From positions 10,685,231 through 10,749,230 of the forward strand of contig MU054187.1 of assembly GCA_013239625.1 (NCBI GenBank): a stretch of DNA of 64,000 nucleotides, given 5' to 3'. This DNA comes from Lama guanicoe (Eukaryota). The notes below the pieces were generated by a model. It was not told where the DNA came from and did not search any database. It saw only the letters and a program-made list of their open reading frames with translations. Both the position numbers and the translations under genes were made by a program. This document shows positions 51,331 to 64,000 of the stretch, piece by piece. The number at the start of each line of letters is the position of its first letter. Position 1 is the first letter of the stretch.

Positions 51331-54300
51331 GACAAGTCTTACCCTGGCAGGGCAAGTTTTGTAGCCACATGTACAGGGCTGGACAGGCTGAGACGGACAG
51401 ATGCACACAATCATTCTTACACAAGCACACTTTCTTCCTGGAATTCACACTGTCTTGCGCGTTGCCTCCCCCCTCCCCCAAACGTGGGCAGCGGTAGAAC
51501 CCGAAAAAGGTGGAGGATGTGCTCAGCAATGGGATGGAATAAGGTTAACTGGGAGAAAACTGAACTGGTAGGGAGTAGGCTTCGGTAGGTGCGGGCGAGT
51601 CGAATGAAATTGTCAAACTGAAGCGCTGACATTGTTCTCTGGATGAAAGGAGAGTCCTTTGCATTGCAGACCCTACCTGTGCTGGGGGAGAAGGGGGCGG
51701 AGAAAGATTCGGGAAAAGCACACGCGTATTTATGGGAAGGAGACGTTAGCTCTGATCTGTTTTTTTCTCGCCACCAAGAATTGGATGCCAAAAATACTAC
51801 TCTATACTGAGAAAGGAAAAGCGGGAGAACAGGAGGAAATGAGAACGGGAGACTGAAACCCAGCACAGGCAAAGCGTCCCGCCGGTTGCCAGGGCGCTGG
51901 GCAGCTGCAGAGGCCCTCGGGGAGGGGCGCCCATGGTCCCTTCTTCTCCGGGTCCAACCGTCCAGCTGCGCACGAACCCACCGCGGGAGGACGTGGGAGG
52001 GTCGAGGTGACCCTCCCCCCCTTGAAAAAAACCCAGCAACCCTTTGTGGTCATTCTTGGGGCTTTGCATTTCCGCGGTGTCTTAAGACTGAATGGCGGAG
52101 GGAAGAAGAGAGAGCAGAGGATGGAGCACCTTCTCCAGGACTGAGGAGAAGAGAATGATAACTGTGGGGGGGAAATAATGTTAATTAATGTCCCAGCACA
52201 AAAGGGGAGCGGACAGGGTGTGATCATAAACGCATTCAAACAACCAAGATTTGCAAGATCTCTTAAAGTTTTTCTAAGCAACTTTAAGTTCTTCTAATCA
52301 ACTCTAAGTTCACTGTGCACTGTCTTGAGAGATACGACCATTATGTCAATTGAAACTCATTGTTGTTAAGTCGTTAAGTCCTACAGTGTATGTCTTGATT
52401 CTTATTTCTGCCAAAAGTGTTAGCAAAGGAAGTCCAGATACAAAAGCAGGGTAGAATTGTTGGAGCTACTGGAATTCCTTACTTTGCCTCTAGTCTAAAG
52501 ATTAGAGAGATATATATCAGAAACATTATAACCCCCTGTGGTACAGTGTATTAACTACATCAAAAGAAGCAGAAAATAAATACATTTCGAGTGTCTCTTC
52601 TCTGGAATGTGAAGTATGGTTTACCAGGGAGAATAAATGAATTGTTTTTAGTAGATGCTGTTTTTAAACTTATTTTAAAATTCCCAAGATTCTCTCCAGG
52701 TGATAATAACAGAGTTTGGACTATATGTAAACTTTCCACATAATTAGGAAATAAATCTAATTGATTTTTATTAAATGCTCGTTTTTTAAAATGCATACCA
52801 GCTAGTTCCACTGATGAATCTTAAGTGATGGCAAAATTATCTCAAATTCGTTAGACCTCCTCACTGAAAAACAAGCAATGATAAAATTATATGCTTTGTA
52901 TTTTATTGATTTTTCAGGTAACGTATTACATACATCCCCATTAGCCTGGATTGCAGTGGTGAGTCGTTAATTTTTGAGGATTGATGTGCACTTTAAATAA
53001 TTAAAGGGAGAAAATGGATGTTCTCTTCCATTGAAAGCAGGTCCTTACGCAACAGTTTTGGTCATGAGGGAGCTTGATTTTGAGAGTAGAATTACACGTA
53101 CTTCACAGAACTGGAAAAATCTCGCTAGCTTGTGGCCTCTCTCTCCTCATGTAGGAAACCAGTGGAACTAGTGTAAAATGGACATGTTGATCTAAGTTTC
53201 TCCTCGAAGCTCCCAGGACTTTGGTCAGTGGTTCTCATAAAAACTGCTTCAGGAGCTCAGAAGAGAGAGCCTAGGCATCTGAATTTAGTAAGAAGTAAGA
53301 CAAATGATTATCATGTATTTAACTCCTGGGCCACGTGATGAGGAACAATGACATAAGCTAAAATCTCCGTTCACCAGTCACAGGTTGAAATTGTGAGGTG
53401 ACTCCAAGCTATATTATCTGTGCTTGCTTGTGATTTTCTGTGTTGAGGCACTGGAATTGGTGGCATGAGTTTACTTTAGTTTTGAAAATATACAAGACCT
53501 GACAATATGTTCTCTTTACAGATTTTGTAAGTTAGGACTGTTTTAAGAAAACTCATTGAGTGAGGCGCTTTAAAAGAGAGCACATGAACATTATTTAAAA
53601 CAATAGCAAAACTAACATATATTGGTATTGAGAATACTTGTATCCTGGTTTTTATTTTCTCTTTATCTGTATAGTTTATTTACTTAGTTTAATTAGTTTA
53701 TTTCTTACTTAGTTTATTTCTAACACTTTATCAGTTGAGAAGCTTATAAAAGTGCTACACACAATATGGTATTTCAAAAACCACTTTAGACTGAAGCTAA
53801 TCTTGTTGTCAGGTGATTTAGGAGTGTAAATTTATACTGCCTTTCATTACGCTTGGAAACACTTTGAAGCATTGCAAAACCATGCCTACATATCATTGCA
53901 GTAGAGGCTTGGGTAATGATATTTTAATCAAATAGTGTGAAGATGTAAGGTGAAAATGGTAAAAATGGTAAAACACTCTTTGAAATGTTTGTAAAATATA
54001 TTTTTAGTGTTGTCATTTGGCTTACTCAGGGCGGGCCAGTTGGGGACAGTCTGGGCTTTGATCTATAAGGAATGCTTGATGTGGCTACAATAAATGAGGC
54101 CTGTAATCCTATTTAATATAGATTTCACACCTAGCTCCTTACTTAACTGGCAGAATGTGAATTGGTTCAGCTCCCGCCAAAGTAGTGTTTTTGCAACACA
54201 CACAGGCAATGTGCCTGGTGCAAACACAAGACTTATCTCAGACCCTAGGGCTAACCACTTCACAGTCAAAGAACTTGGCAGTCAGAAATTCTGTTGCTTA

Positions 54301-54547
54301 TTAGGATCAAATGATCTATTTTGTTTATATTGTAAGCAGTTTAACTTAATTCCCAAGAAGTTATAGGATATGAAACATCGCAATAAATTGCTCATTTTTA
54401 ATACAGAGAAGTATACAATTATCAGTTCCTCTCATCCTGTTGGAAGGAATAATTGTTTGAAAAATTAGTGGTTGGAATGGTGTTCAGGGCAGCCGTATGT
54501 CTTGGTTCAGGCCTGCTCACACTCACAAGAGTGTGAAATCCTACACG

Positions 54548-54892
54548 GTGTGGTATCACTTTTATGTGGAATCTAAAAAATTGATACAAGTCAACTTATT
54601 TGCAAAACAGAAATAGGCTCACAGACACAGAAAACAAACTTACGGTTACCAAAGGGGAAAGCAGGAGGAGAGAGGGAAAAATTAGAAGTTTGAGATTTAT
54701 AGGTACACACTGCCATATATAAAATAGATAAATGACAAGGGCCCACTGTATCACACAGGGAACTAAATTCAATATCTTGTAATAACATATAATGGAAAAG
54801 AATCTGAAAAAGAATATATATTTATTCAGTTATTTGCTGTACGCCTGAAACTAGCACCACATTGAAAATCAACTGTACTTAAATAAAAAAAA
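54548..54892 (+). mobile_element. Artiodactyl/camelid L1 3' end
   Basis: atcacttttatgtggaatctaaaa...acaaacttacggttaccaaagggg...aatcaactgtacttaaataaaaaaaa. Confidence 0.9.
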
Positions 54893-55149
54893 TTTTTTTT
54901 AAACCAGAATAGTGAGATCTTCATACAATCTCTATAGAACTTTCAAATCTCTGTGTATTGAAGATATGGCAAACGAAGCTCACTGCATTTTTCCAAATGT
55001 GATCTGATCCACTCCAAGTAGAATGGAATCACCTTCTGACCTTCCAGGCTTGGTTCAGAGTACCTTTACTCACATAGTCTAAATCTGTGTTAACTGATTT
55101 GGCATATATGCTATGAGATGGACTCATAGCACTCATCAAATGCGTGGTC

Positions 55150-56130
55150 AACCCTAGCGACCAGATTTTTGGGATCTAAACACCATTTCCCATTGAGTGG
55201 AACCAGGTATCCTTGGAGAAATGGTTAATTCCAGGCTTGGGGCTGGGAAATAAAAAGATGAACCTGGAACATCTTCTTATGCTAAAAAAGTAAGGAAGTG
55301 GTCAAAGAATGATAGGAACATACCAAAAGGATGTAGAAGCCAACGTGAAGAGACTCCCATTAACTAAATCTGGAACAATTGAAGAATCAAATGAAGAATG
55401 CTAGTCACATTATCTTACTGTATAAAACAGCAATATTTTATTTCATACATTCATGGGATAGATGAATGTGTTCAATTTATGGGGAAAAGAGAAAGCTTTA
55501 CCTTATCATAAGGACAATGTCAATTAATAAAATTGGTAGGGACGGTGGAATTAGAAAGTCACTACTTGGCAAACTGTCTTAGTAATATTTTAGGCAAGAA
55601 ACATTAATCGATGCTAAAACTAACGGGTGAAAGTTGGATGATGAATGAGTTGGTACATAATCTCTGGAATCTTTCCACAAAATAGTTGTTAATTATAAAG
55701 GGGAAAAAAGTAACTCTTTAGTGAAGAAACCTGGTGGACACTACTTCACTCAAGTGATGGGCAAACCCAATATCCTGCTTCCCAAGGTAGGATGCAGTTA
55801 AAACAACATGGTGCCACTTCTGTAATATCCCTGCCAATCATGTATGACTTGAATTGAATAATGAGAAGATATCTGATAAGCCTGATGGGGAAATTCTACT
55901 TATTCGGAGGCTTAAAAAATGTTAAGGTCATAAAGGTCAAGGGAGGTCTCAAACTGAAGAGACATGACAACTAAGTGCAAAATACTGTTCTGGAGTTGAT
56001 ACTTCTGCTGTTTTTGGGAGAGTTGGTGAAACTTGAATGGGGTCTCTACATGAAGGGTATATGGAATTCTTTGTGCTGTTTATATACTTTTCTCTAAGTT
56101 CAAAATTATTTCAAAATAAATATTAAAAAT
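55150..56130 (+). mobile_element. L1MC-type 3' UTR
   Basis: aaacaccatttcccattgagtggaaccagg...gagacatgacaactaagtgcaa...attatttcaaaataaa. Confidence 0.8.
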
Positions 56131-56609
56131 GAAAAGGTACTAAGAAATGATATTTACAAAACAGTTCATCTGTTGGATTCCTTTAAATATTAACTTTCGT
56201 TAATGTAACTAAGAATTGTATCAATGATTTATACATGGCAACCAATGAATAATAAACTAAAATTCCAAGTAAATAAAATTCACAATTCAGGTTAATTAAG
56301 CACATGTATTTTCCTCTTCTCCCTCACAAAATTTTATTGACTATAAGCAAAAATATTAAAAAATAAATGCCTAAGAGTGCTGGAACACAAGAAAGCATGC
56401 TGATGCAGAGATACTGTCTCCATTTCTTTATGAACAGAACTCCTTCATTATGAGTGTGGCATCTCTGCAGGTACGGATGGCCAGGTGTCATATAATCAAT
56501 GGTACGTAGTGATAATGTTTGGAATTTCCTGGAAGATGCCTTAAAATACATGGACACAGTTGGGACATCTTCTCATTTGCCTTCCCTCCTTGCTGTCTGG
56601 AATGCTTCT

Positions 56610-57090
56610 TTGTAATACTTCCCTCCTACCCTTCCTGACTCCTTCCACATCCCTAGGCAACCACTGATCTCCTTTTTGTCACTAAGATTGTTTTTCCTTT
56701 TCTAGAGTTTTGTATAAGTAGAATCACTGTGCCCCTTTTTGGGGGAGGCATATATCTTTTTTAACTTAACATCATTATTTTGCTATTCATCCATGTTGTA
56801 TCATGTATCAGCAGTTTATTTCTTTTTATTGCTGAATTAGTATTTAGTGAGGGTTTATACTTTTGTTTCTCTTGGGTACCTGGAGTAGACTGGCTGGATC
56901 CTATGATAGGTGTGTGTAGGCTAGACATTAGCCACTAGTTTTGAAACGTGGATGTACAATTTTACGTTCCTCCCAACAGCGTGTGAGAGTTTCAGTTGTT
57001 CCACATCCTCAGCAAAACTTGGTATCATCTGTATTTTTAATAATAGCCATTCTAATTGGTTTGTATGGTATTTTATTGTGGTTTTAATTT
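56610..57090 (-). mobile_element. Old L1 3' portion, antisense
   Basis: ccctaggcaaccactgatct...ttcatccatgttgta...ccacatcctcagcaa. Confidence 0.8.
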
Positions 57091-57099
57091 AAATTTACA

Positions 57100-58572
57100 T
57101 TGTTGCCTCACTCCTGCCCCTCTTTCTGAAGCCAGTGTCAGACCATGTGGGAAGCCTGGCTTCCTCCCACCCCTGGCAGTAAGGCATTTCCCTCCCTCCC
57201 TACTGGGGTTGTGTAGGTGGAGGCCTAGAAAAGAATCTCTCTAGTGTCCAGTGGTAACAAGGCCACCCCGTGATACAACCCGTGCCAAGACACACCATGT
57301 TAAACTTCTGGGGAAAAAAGACAAGAAAAATCTTGAAAGTAGCCAGAGAAATGCAACACTCTACCTACAGAAGAAAAACAATGCGAATGACACCAGATTT
57401 CTCATCAAACTCATGGAGGTCAGAAGGAAGTGGCACAATATTTTTCAAGTGCTGAAAAAAAACATCTAGAATTCTGTTAGAGAAAATATCCTTCAGAAAT
57501 GAAAGGAGGGGTCAAGAGAATTTGTCACCAGAAGGCCTTCCATCAAAGTATGGCTGGAGGAAGTTCTTTAAGCAGAAGGACAGTGGTAAAAGAAGAAGGA
57601 AGTTTAGAAGATCAGGAAGGAAGAACACGGAGAGAGCAAAAATATGAGTAAATATAATACATTTTCCTTCTCTAACTATGATGGTTGAAGCACAATGACA
57701 GATGTGGTTCTAAATGTATCTAGAGAAAGTATTTAAGAAAATTAAAATATAAGCAGGAAAGAGTAAAGAGGTGCAAAGGAGATAAGGTTTCTATATTTCA
57801 CTTGAACTGGTACCATGACAACACCTGTCATTGTGTCTGTGTAATGTAATACCTGGAGCAACCACTAAACAAGCTTTATAAAAAGATGCCCTCAAAAACT
57901 ATAGATGAATAAGAATGGAATTTTTAAAAATGTTCAAGTAGTCCACAGGATCAGGAAGAAGAAAAGAAAAACAGAAAACAAACAGAAGACAAAAAGTAAC
58001 CTGGCTGACTTTAGCCCTAATGTGTCAATAATTAAATTAAATGTAAATGGTCTAAATATATCAGTTAAAAGACAGAGACTGTCAGAGAGGATTAAAAAAC
58101 ATGACCCAGTTAAATGCTGTCTCTAAGAAACTCACTTCAAATACAAAATACAAAGATACAGGCAGGATAAAAGTAAAAGAATGGAAAAAATATTATGCAA
58201 ATGTTAAAAGAAAGCAGGAGTGGCTATTATTAATGCCAGATAAAGTAGGCTTTAGAGGACAGGAAATTACCAGAGCCAGGAATTGTCATTTTATAATAAC
58301 AGAAGGGTCAACCCACCAAGAAAAATAGCAATCCTAAGTGTGTATGCATTGAGCAGCAGAGCTGCAAAATGTGTGAAGCAGAAACTGATAGAACTCAAAA
58401 GAGAAGTGGACAAGTCTGCAATTATAGTTCAAGACTTCAAGACCCTTCCCTTGACAATTGAGAGAACAACTAGGCGGAAAATCAGAAACTCTGTAGAAGA
58501 TCTCAACAACACATCAGACAGTAGGATTTAGTTCATGTTTGTAGACCCCTCCATGCAACAGGAGCAGAATAC
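57100..58572 (+). mobile_element. Old L1 (L1MD/MC-like): ORF1 C-terminus and ORF2 endonuclease start
   Basis: KILKVARE...TMRMTPDFSS (ORF1) and SIIKLNVNGLNISVKRQRLSERIKKHDP (ORF2 EN). Confidence 0.9.
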
Positions 58573-59869
58573 AGCTATGATTTATTAAGCACAGAATATT
58601 ACTCTATTCTGACTGGAAATATTTATTGCAATATTCCCTAGTATCTTTCCTCTTAGTGGTATAGCAATGATATGGAAAACAACATTGTTAAAATAAACAG
58701 ATGGCAATACCCCAGATTTCACAGAGTTATTTTTATTCTAACCCTCAACCCTTAACCCTTACCATTCGGTTAAGGCACTGAGGTCTGTGTACAGCTGGCT
58801 GCATCCCATTGCTGCTGTCTATAAATTGGTCAGAAAGTCAAGACAGAGGTCAGAGTCATAGGTTTATGAATAATTCAGTTTTGAGAAATAATATTTAGAG
58901 AAGAATTCATGAAGTTCATGAATTCATTAAGTTCTCAAGTTATTTTAAAAAAACATATTTTAGGATAAAGTTTGGTGAACAATGATTTGGGTACCCATTC
59001 TGCATAAGGTTGGCCCATTGAAGAGTTAACTGTCGTTGAGCTGTACAGTGGAGTGACTTTTTTTCCCCCCATAGCTTCTGGAAAACTCATAGGTTAGTGA
59101 TAGCCAGAATATAGGCTATTATCATGAGCATCTATACCGTCATTCTTTTTCCCACATTGTCTTCACTTGTTTTATCTTTTCCCCCACTCTTTATGCCTTT
59201 TGATCATAATTTATATTTCTTTGGAAAATATCTTAAATTCTTTCTGAAATAAGGATGAATATAAGTTTTATATACATCATCAAGTGACCTGCTCATGATC
59301 TGAATAATTTTGGTACATTATAGGACATACTTGAAGGATCTGTTTCCAGTTGACACTCTCGCTGGCTTTTTTTTTTTTCCCTAAAAGAATTTATTCTGCT
59401 CATTCTGCATATGTTTCCCTACTGAAAAATAAATATAAATATATACAGTTGCTCCACTCCCTGTGGCCATGCTTCTTGCACAATAGCATACACTCATCAT
59501 GACAAATGCTGACAACTGTGGACAAAATCTAACATTCATGCAAACTTTAAAGATAGTCAAACTTAAGAGAATTTTCATGCTTGCATTTTGTCACTTTAAG
59601 CTCTGTGACCAGACATCCAGGATGGTAAATCCACAGACTTGGGCCACTGAAGACGCAATGGTTTTGAAACAGTGAATTCTGGGGTGAATTCCAAACAAGG
59701 GTGGCATTCAAGGTCCTCCAAAATCTACTGAACCAATACATTTCATTATCTCACACCCTGCCTTTAATGTTAGTCTGGCTAGGTTGTCTGGTTTTCCCCA
59801 TACATATAACATCAGGTCTAGTCTTTGCTTGACATTCTTTCCACATGGAATAGCTTCCCTTTCTTTTTA

Positions 59870-60312
59870 TAACATCTTAGATAACATTCCTTGGGAAGCA
59901 GACTCTGAGATGGAGATTTGCACGCAGAGGGTTAGTTGTGGGGTGCTCACAGCAGCAGCACCTTGAAGGGAGTGATGGACACAGGTCTGAGTGGAGAGAG
60001 AACATACCCTGAGGCGGTTACAACAGGGTCCTCAACCGATCACACGGGGAAGATGACCTCAGGAGTCCCGGAGCTGGGAGGCCCTTCAGGGTTGTTCCAA
60101 TAGAAGCATTGGGTCAGGCCTTGTGCTCCAATCATTAGAAGCAGGCTTCCTCCAGAGAGAGAGGATGTGACCTTGGGTGAGGCAGCTGCCGTCTGTGTAA
60201 GGACAACTGCACGAGGACTCAGGTGACAGCCTTCCACAGCCAACATCCCGGCAGCTGGCAGAAAGAGCTTTTTCTTCTGATGGGAGGATCAGGCACATCC
60301 TTCCGTGTCTAC
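59870..60312 (-). mobile_element. ERVL LTR (LTR16/LTR33-like)
   Basis: gaagcagactctgagatggagatttgcacgcag...ggatgtgaccttgggtgaggcagct. Confidence 0.7.
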
Positions 60313-61529
60313 CACCTTCCTCTGTCCAGCACTGGTCACTCACTAGGGGATAATTCATGCTTTGCCTCTTTCATGATATATTTTTGGGCTGCACTAGCTT
60401 CCCGAGAGTTTCCATCTCTGTAAAAGCCATTTTCACTGAAGGACCAGGCCACCCCTTTTTGTGGTTAATAACCACATTGTTGCTTAACTACTTTCCAAGT
60501 TGTGGCTTGTCTCCCTAAGTATATTACTGACTTTTCTTCCTAATGTTTTTTCTGAGTATCTAACTTGTAGTATATGCATCATAAGAATTTAATTGAATGC
60601 TTGTGGAATGAAAAAAAATCATAAAAACAGCATGGTCTGCAGAAACACAAAATAATCTTTGCTTTATACACAAAGCAGGAGAAACCTTTCTACTGTGTCT
60701 AAGGTTTACAACGAAAAATATGCAAAGACCTCCAAGAAGGTTAAACAATGACCTGCAAAAGCAAAAGGAATGAAAATCTCTATGCTCCGTTATGAGTCAC
60801 CCGACCCCCTATGTGTGTATGTGTGATAGACTGATTTGGATTTTCTGTTATTTGTAACAAGAGTCCTAAGTTATCTTTGTAGTTACAAATATTGTGATTT
60901 GTGTAAAGTAGAAACACACCTGTTTATGTGGCTCCATTCAACCCATGCAAGCTTGGAGCAAGAGGAATCTGAAGTGAATGGCACCCTATTTCCTTTGTTG
61001 GGTCGGCTGCCTTCTCGCTCATGCAGGGTTTACATCAGGGCTTCTCAAATGAGCGGTGTTTGCCCGTGTTGAATCATGTTGACTCAAGAATGAAGATCAT
61101 TCATTAAAATTATAGCGTTTGTACAAATTAATTCTGAATTTGATATACTCTTCATTAACACCAAGTTTTTATTGTTTTAACATCCAGCGGAGTCCACACT
61201 TGCTTTTCATTAATGTAAAGCAAATGGAGGACTGGGCTAAAGGTGGATGAATTAGTCATTTTTATTCTGCTCTGGACCAGTGAAGGTGCTATCAAATCTG
61301 TCTCTATTAGTTTGCTTTCTTCTGTATTTGATATACATTTGAAAGCGCGATTTGCTGGGAGCGTTGGGCTGCGTGAAGTCCTGACTCAGGGTTTCAGAAC
61401 CAGCCTGCTCTGCAAAGGCAGCGTGAGGCGGATTTACCACAGATTATTTTCTGAGATTGGACTGGAAAGTGGATTTATTTGTGACGAAAGGAAGTTTTGT
61501 ATTTTGACATTAAGTGTGCATCTAGAAAT

Positions 61530-62200
61530 GTGCTAATTTCTCTTATTCATGCTTGAAATTATGTTGAATTTTTCTATGTAGAGAGCTGTATTGTTCTGTG
61601 AAAATGACAGTGTTGTTTCTTTCTTTCTAGTCATTACATTACAGCTTTTCTTTTCTCTCCCTCTTTTTTTTTTTTTTTTTTTGGTCTCCATATGATGGCT
61701 ACTATTAGTGAAATATAAGAAAAAGGGTAATTTGGTTCTTTTCCATCTCAGTAGCTTTTGTGTCTTTTTTCTGGTCATACTCTCTTGGCCAAGACCTTTA
61801 ATACAATGTTGAGTAGACATGGTAGTACTTTATATTTTTGTAGTGTGTCCTGATTTTATGGGGAATGATCATTGCAACATCAGTAGGGGTTTTTTTTGAT
61901 AGAGACCTTTCGTAAACTTAGGAGAGTTTCCTTTTCTTAATAGTTTGCTAGGGTTTTTAACTTAAAAGTTGAGTTCAATATTACTTAAAGGCCTTTCTTT
62001 GTATATTTATATTGAGATTATCACATGATTTTTCTCAGTTATTCTGTTAATGGGAAGAATTGCATTACCAGATTTTTTAAAATGTTAAACCAACTTTGCC
62101 TTTCTGAGAGGAAGTGATTCTGATCAGAATGAATAATCTGTTTTGTTTTTTTTTACATAGCTGGATTTCGATGGCTAGTATGTTGTTTAGGATTTTTTCC
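61530..62200 (-). mobile_element. Old L1 ORF2 fragment
   Basis: ggccaagacctttaatacaatgttgagtag...tcctgatttta...aaatgttaaaccaactttgc. Confidence 0.75.
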
Positions 62201-62479
62201 CCCCTCTGCTTCTGGAAGACTTAAACTCAGTTTCTTTCTTGTTATCTCTGAAATAGTAGAATGCATGTTTACTTTAAAATCTGAAGTTGAGCAATATCTT
62301 TACCTTCTTCCTGAAAAATGCGAGAACTTTAGAGTGCTTTTCCTCTAGCCAACACTTTTATTATTTCAGTTCTATCATTTTTATTATTATTTTTTGCTTC
62401 ATACCTACAGAAAAGATAGCTAACAAATGCCTCAAGTCTTTATACACATTTTAACATGTTCTTTAACATACCTCTCCCT

Positions 62480-64000
62480 AGACATCCATGAAACCAGTAT
62501 TCCTATTCTGTTCTTTTCTGAGCCATGCTGTTATCCACCATCCATAAGTCAGTGATGCCCTAGGCAGTAGATCAATGAAGTGAACAAATAAATATTCTCA
62601 AAACTTGAGAGCCCCTCTGGCCATCTTTCTAGCAGACTTCCGAGTGGACGTGTAATACTGCAACAGACCAATGTGATTTTATGCCGCTGTATCATGTAGG
62701 GCCAGGTCGAAACCAGTCTCGAGGCTTTTTTTGTTTGTTTTTCCCTTCTTAGTCATGGGCCATAATGAACTCGCTGGAAGGACGGAGGTTCGGATTGAGG
62801 GGGAGCAGGCAGTGTGGCAGGGGTGTGTACTGGGGGGGTCGGGGCCGCCTGCACACGTCACTCACCTGTGCCTTCTGGAGTGCTGCTCTGCGCAGCCCGT
62901 CTTATCGTTTGGTGTGTCCGTGAACACCCAGTTCCTGATGAGGGGCTCAGGTCTCATGGCCCATTTATGCCCCCGAGTCAGGTGTTCTTCAGACATCCAG
63001 TGACAAACCAAGAGGTGTATCTCAGAAGGAAGACTTGTTATCTGGAGAAGCGGGTGAGACTTTAATAAAAAGCCCCCGGGGTCTGTGCTGAGATTCTACT
63101 GTGCAGGCTTGCCGGCCGCTCGAGCACATCTCACGTGGCACAGGCACTTCAAGTGTCGTTGGAGCTGCTGGAGCACGAGGACTGAGCGCTAGGGCCGTGT
63201 GCACTGCCGCCGGGCCTGTGGCACGGTCCTGTCTTGCCCTGGACCCTAGGCAGAAAGGGCAGCCTAGTGGGTTGCTCAGTATATCATGGTAGTTGTGATG
63301 CCTCCAGATCCAAAGAGGTCATGGCCCTTTGTGGTGGTAGGTGGTGTGGGTGCAGCAGCTTTGGAAAAGGTATCCTGCAGGATGGATGGGCCCTCGGAGA
63401 TGTCACAAATTTGGTGCACCCCTACATTTTCATGAGGTCAGACTCTCCGCTGGGGTAACTCAAGTCAGGTGTCACCTTAACCAGATCTGATGTTTTTTTT
63501 CTTCTGTTACATCGATTAGATTACATTTCTCTAGGGTAGTCGTCTGTTTCACTTCTCGGGGCACCACGGCTGACTGCCAGGCGATATGAAAGATGACTGC
63601 TGGACAAAACATTCTGCTCAGCCTTTTGTTCCTGGTGCCCACGGTGGCAAATGTGTCCGTCTTGCCTATGGAAGTGAAGTGCTGCTGCTCGGCCATTGCT
63701 GTCCTGGGAGCCGTCATCCCAGTCGGAAGCAGAGCTTGTTTCCTTGCCAACAACTCTCACTGTCACCCCTGGCCTTTGGAAGATGGCCGCCACAGAGCTT
63801 TTCGAGGATACTCTCTTGGTCCCCTCACTGATGTATTTCTTCATGCTTTAGTGAAGAGGATGTCCTCTGGGCCTGTCTAGGGTCGGGGTTAAGTGAATGT
63901 GTAGTTTGCACACGATAAGTTCACTCCACTATTGTCTTTCTAAGCCTTTGGATTCTTTGCTTTGTATCAGGGTGTCCTGTGGCATCTTAACTTCATTGAA
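62480..64000 (-). mobile_element. ERVL internal region fossil: gag C-terminus (~63900-63500) and pol connection/RNase H (~63350-62480)
   Basis: Minus-strand GPEDILFTKA and KSSVAAIFQRPGVTV resemble ERVL Gag. PPTTTK, AVHTALALSPRAPAAPTTLEVPV, ESQHRPRG and MRPEPLIRNWV resemble ERVL Pol (AVQAALPLGPYDPADPMVLEVSV, MRPELPIMNWV). Confidence 0.85.

Noticed and set aside
50396..52281. Many long overlapping ORFs (up to 222 aa) on both strands
   Set aside because: Expected from stop-codon scarcity in a CpG island; only the C8orf34 frame has recognisable homology and a splice donor.
58737..58762. Telomere-like ctaaccc/ttaaccc units
   Set aside because: Only about three degenerate units; compatible with chance.
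51116..64000. C8orf34 exon 2
   Set aside because: The expected continuation (ELMTKLITETPDQP, recalled) was not seen; it probably lies beyond the window.

Overview
Mammalian genomic DNA, very likely from a camelid: it carries a Vic-1-like tRNA-derived SINE and short, TSD-flanked camelid-type L1 3' ends. By recalled synteny it is the PREX2-C8orf34 interval. It opens with an AT-rich probable PREX2 3' UTR end (1-~1990), continues through ~48 kb of repeat-rich intergenic DNA, and reaches a CpG island with the first coding exon of C8orf34/VEST1 (50780/51047-51115, +), followed by intron 1. Nearly all ORFs in the supplied track are spurious or TE-derived. The most interesting item is a non-TE, minus-strand, stop-riddled reading frame at ~12300-10300, possibly extending to ~9000. 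By eye it shows a collinear series of motifs resembling mononegavirus (bornavirus/filovirus) nucleoproteins, perhaps followed by P-like and M-like remnants. It is interrupted by an MLT1A-type LTR, so it is a candidate ancient endogenous RNA-virus element. Also present are a nested degenerate provirus with a tRNA-Leu PBS, an ERVL gag/pol fossil and a perfect 50-bp direct duplication. All family and gene assignments come from recalled sequences, not searches.
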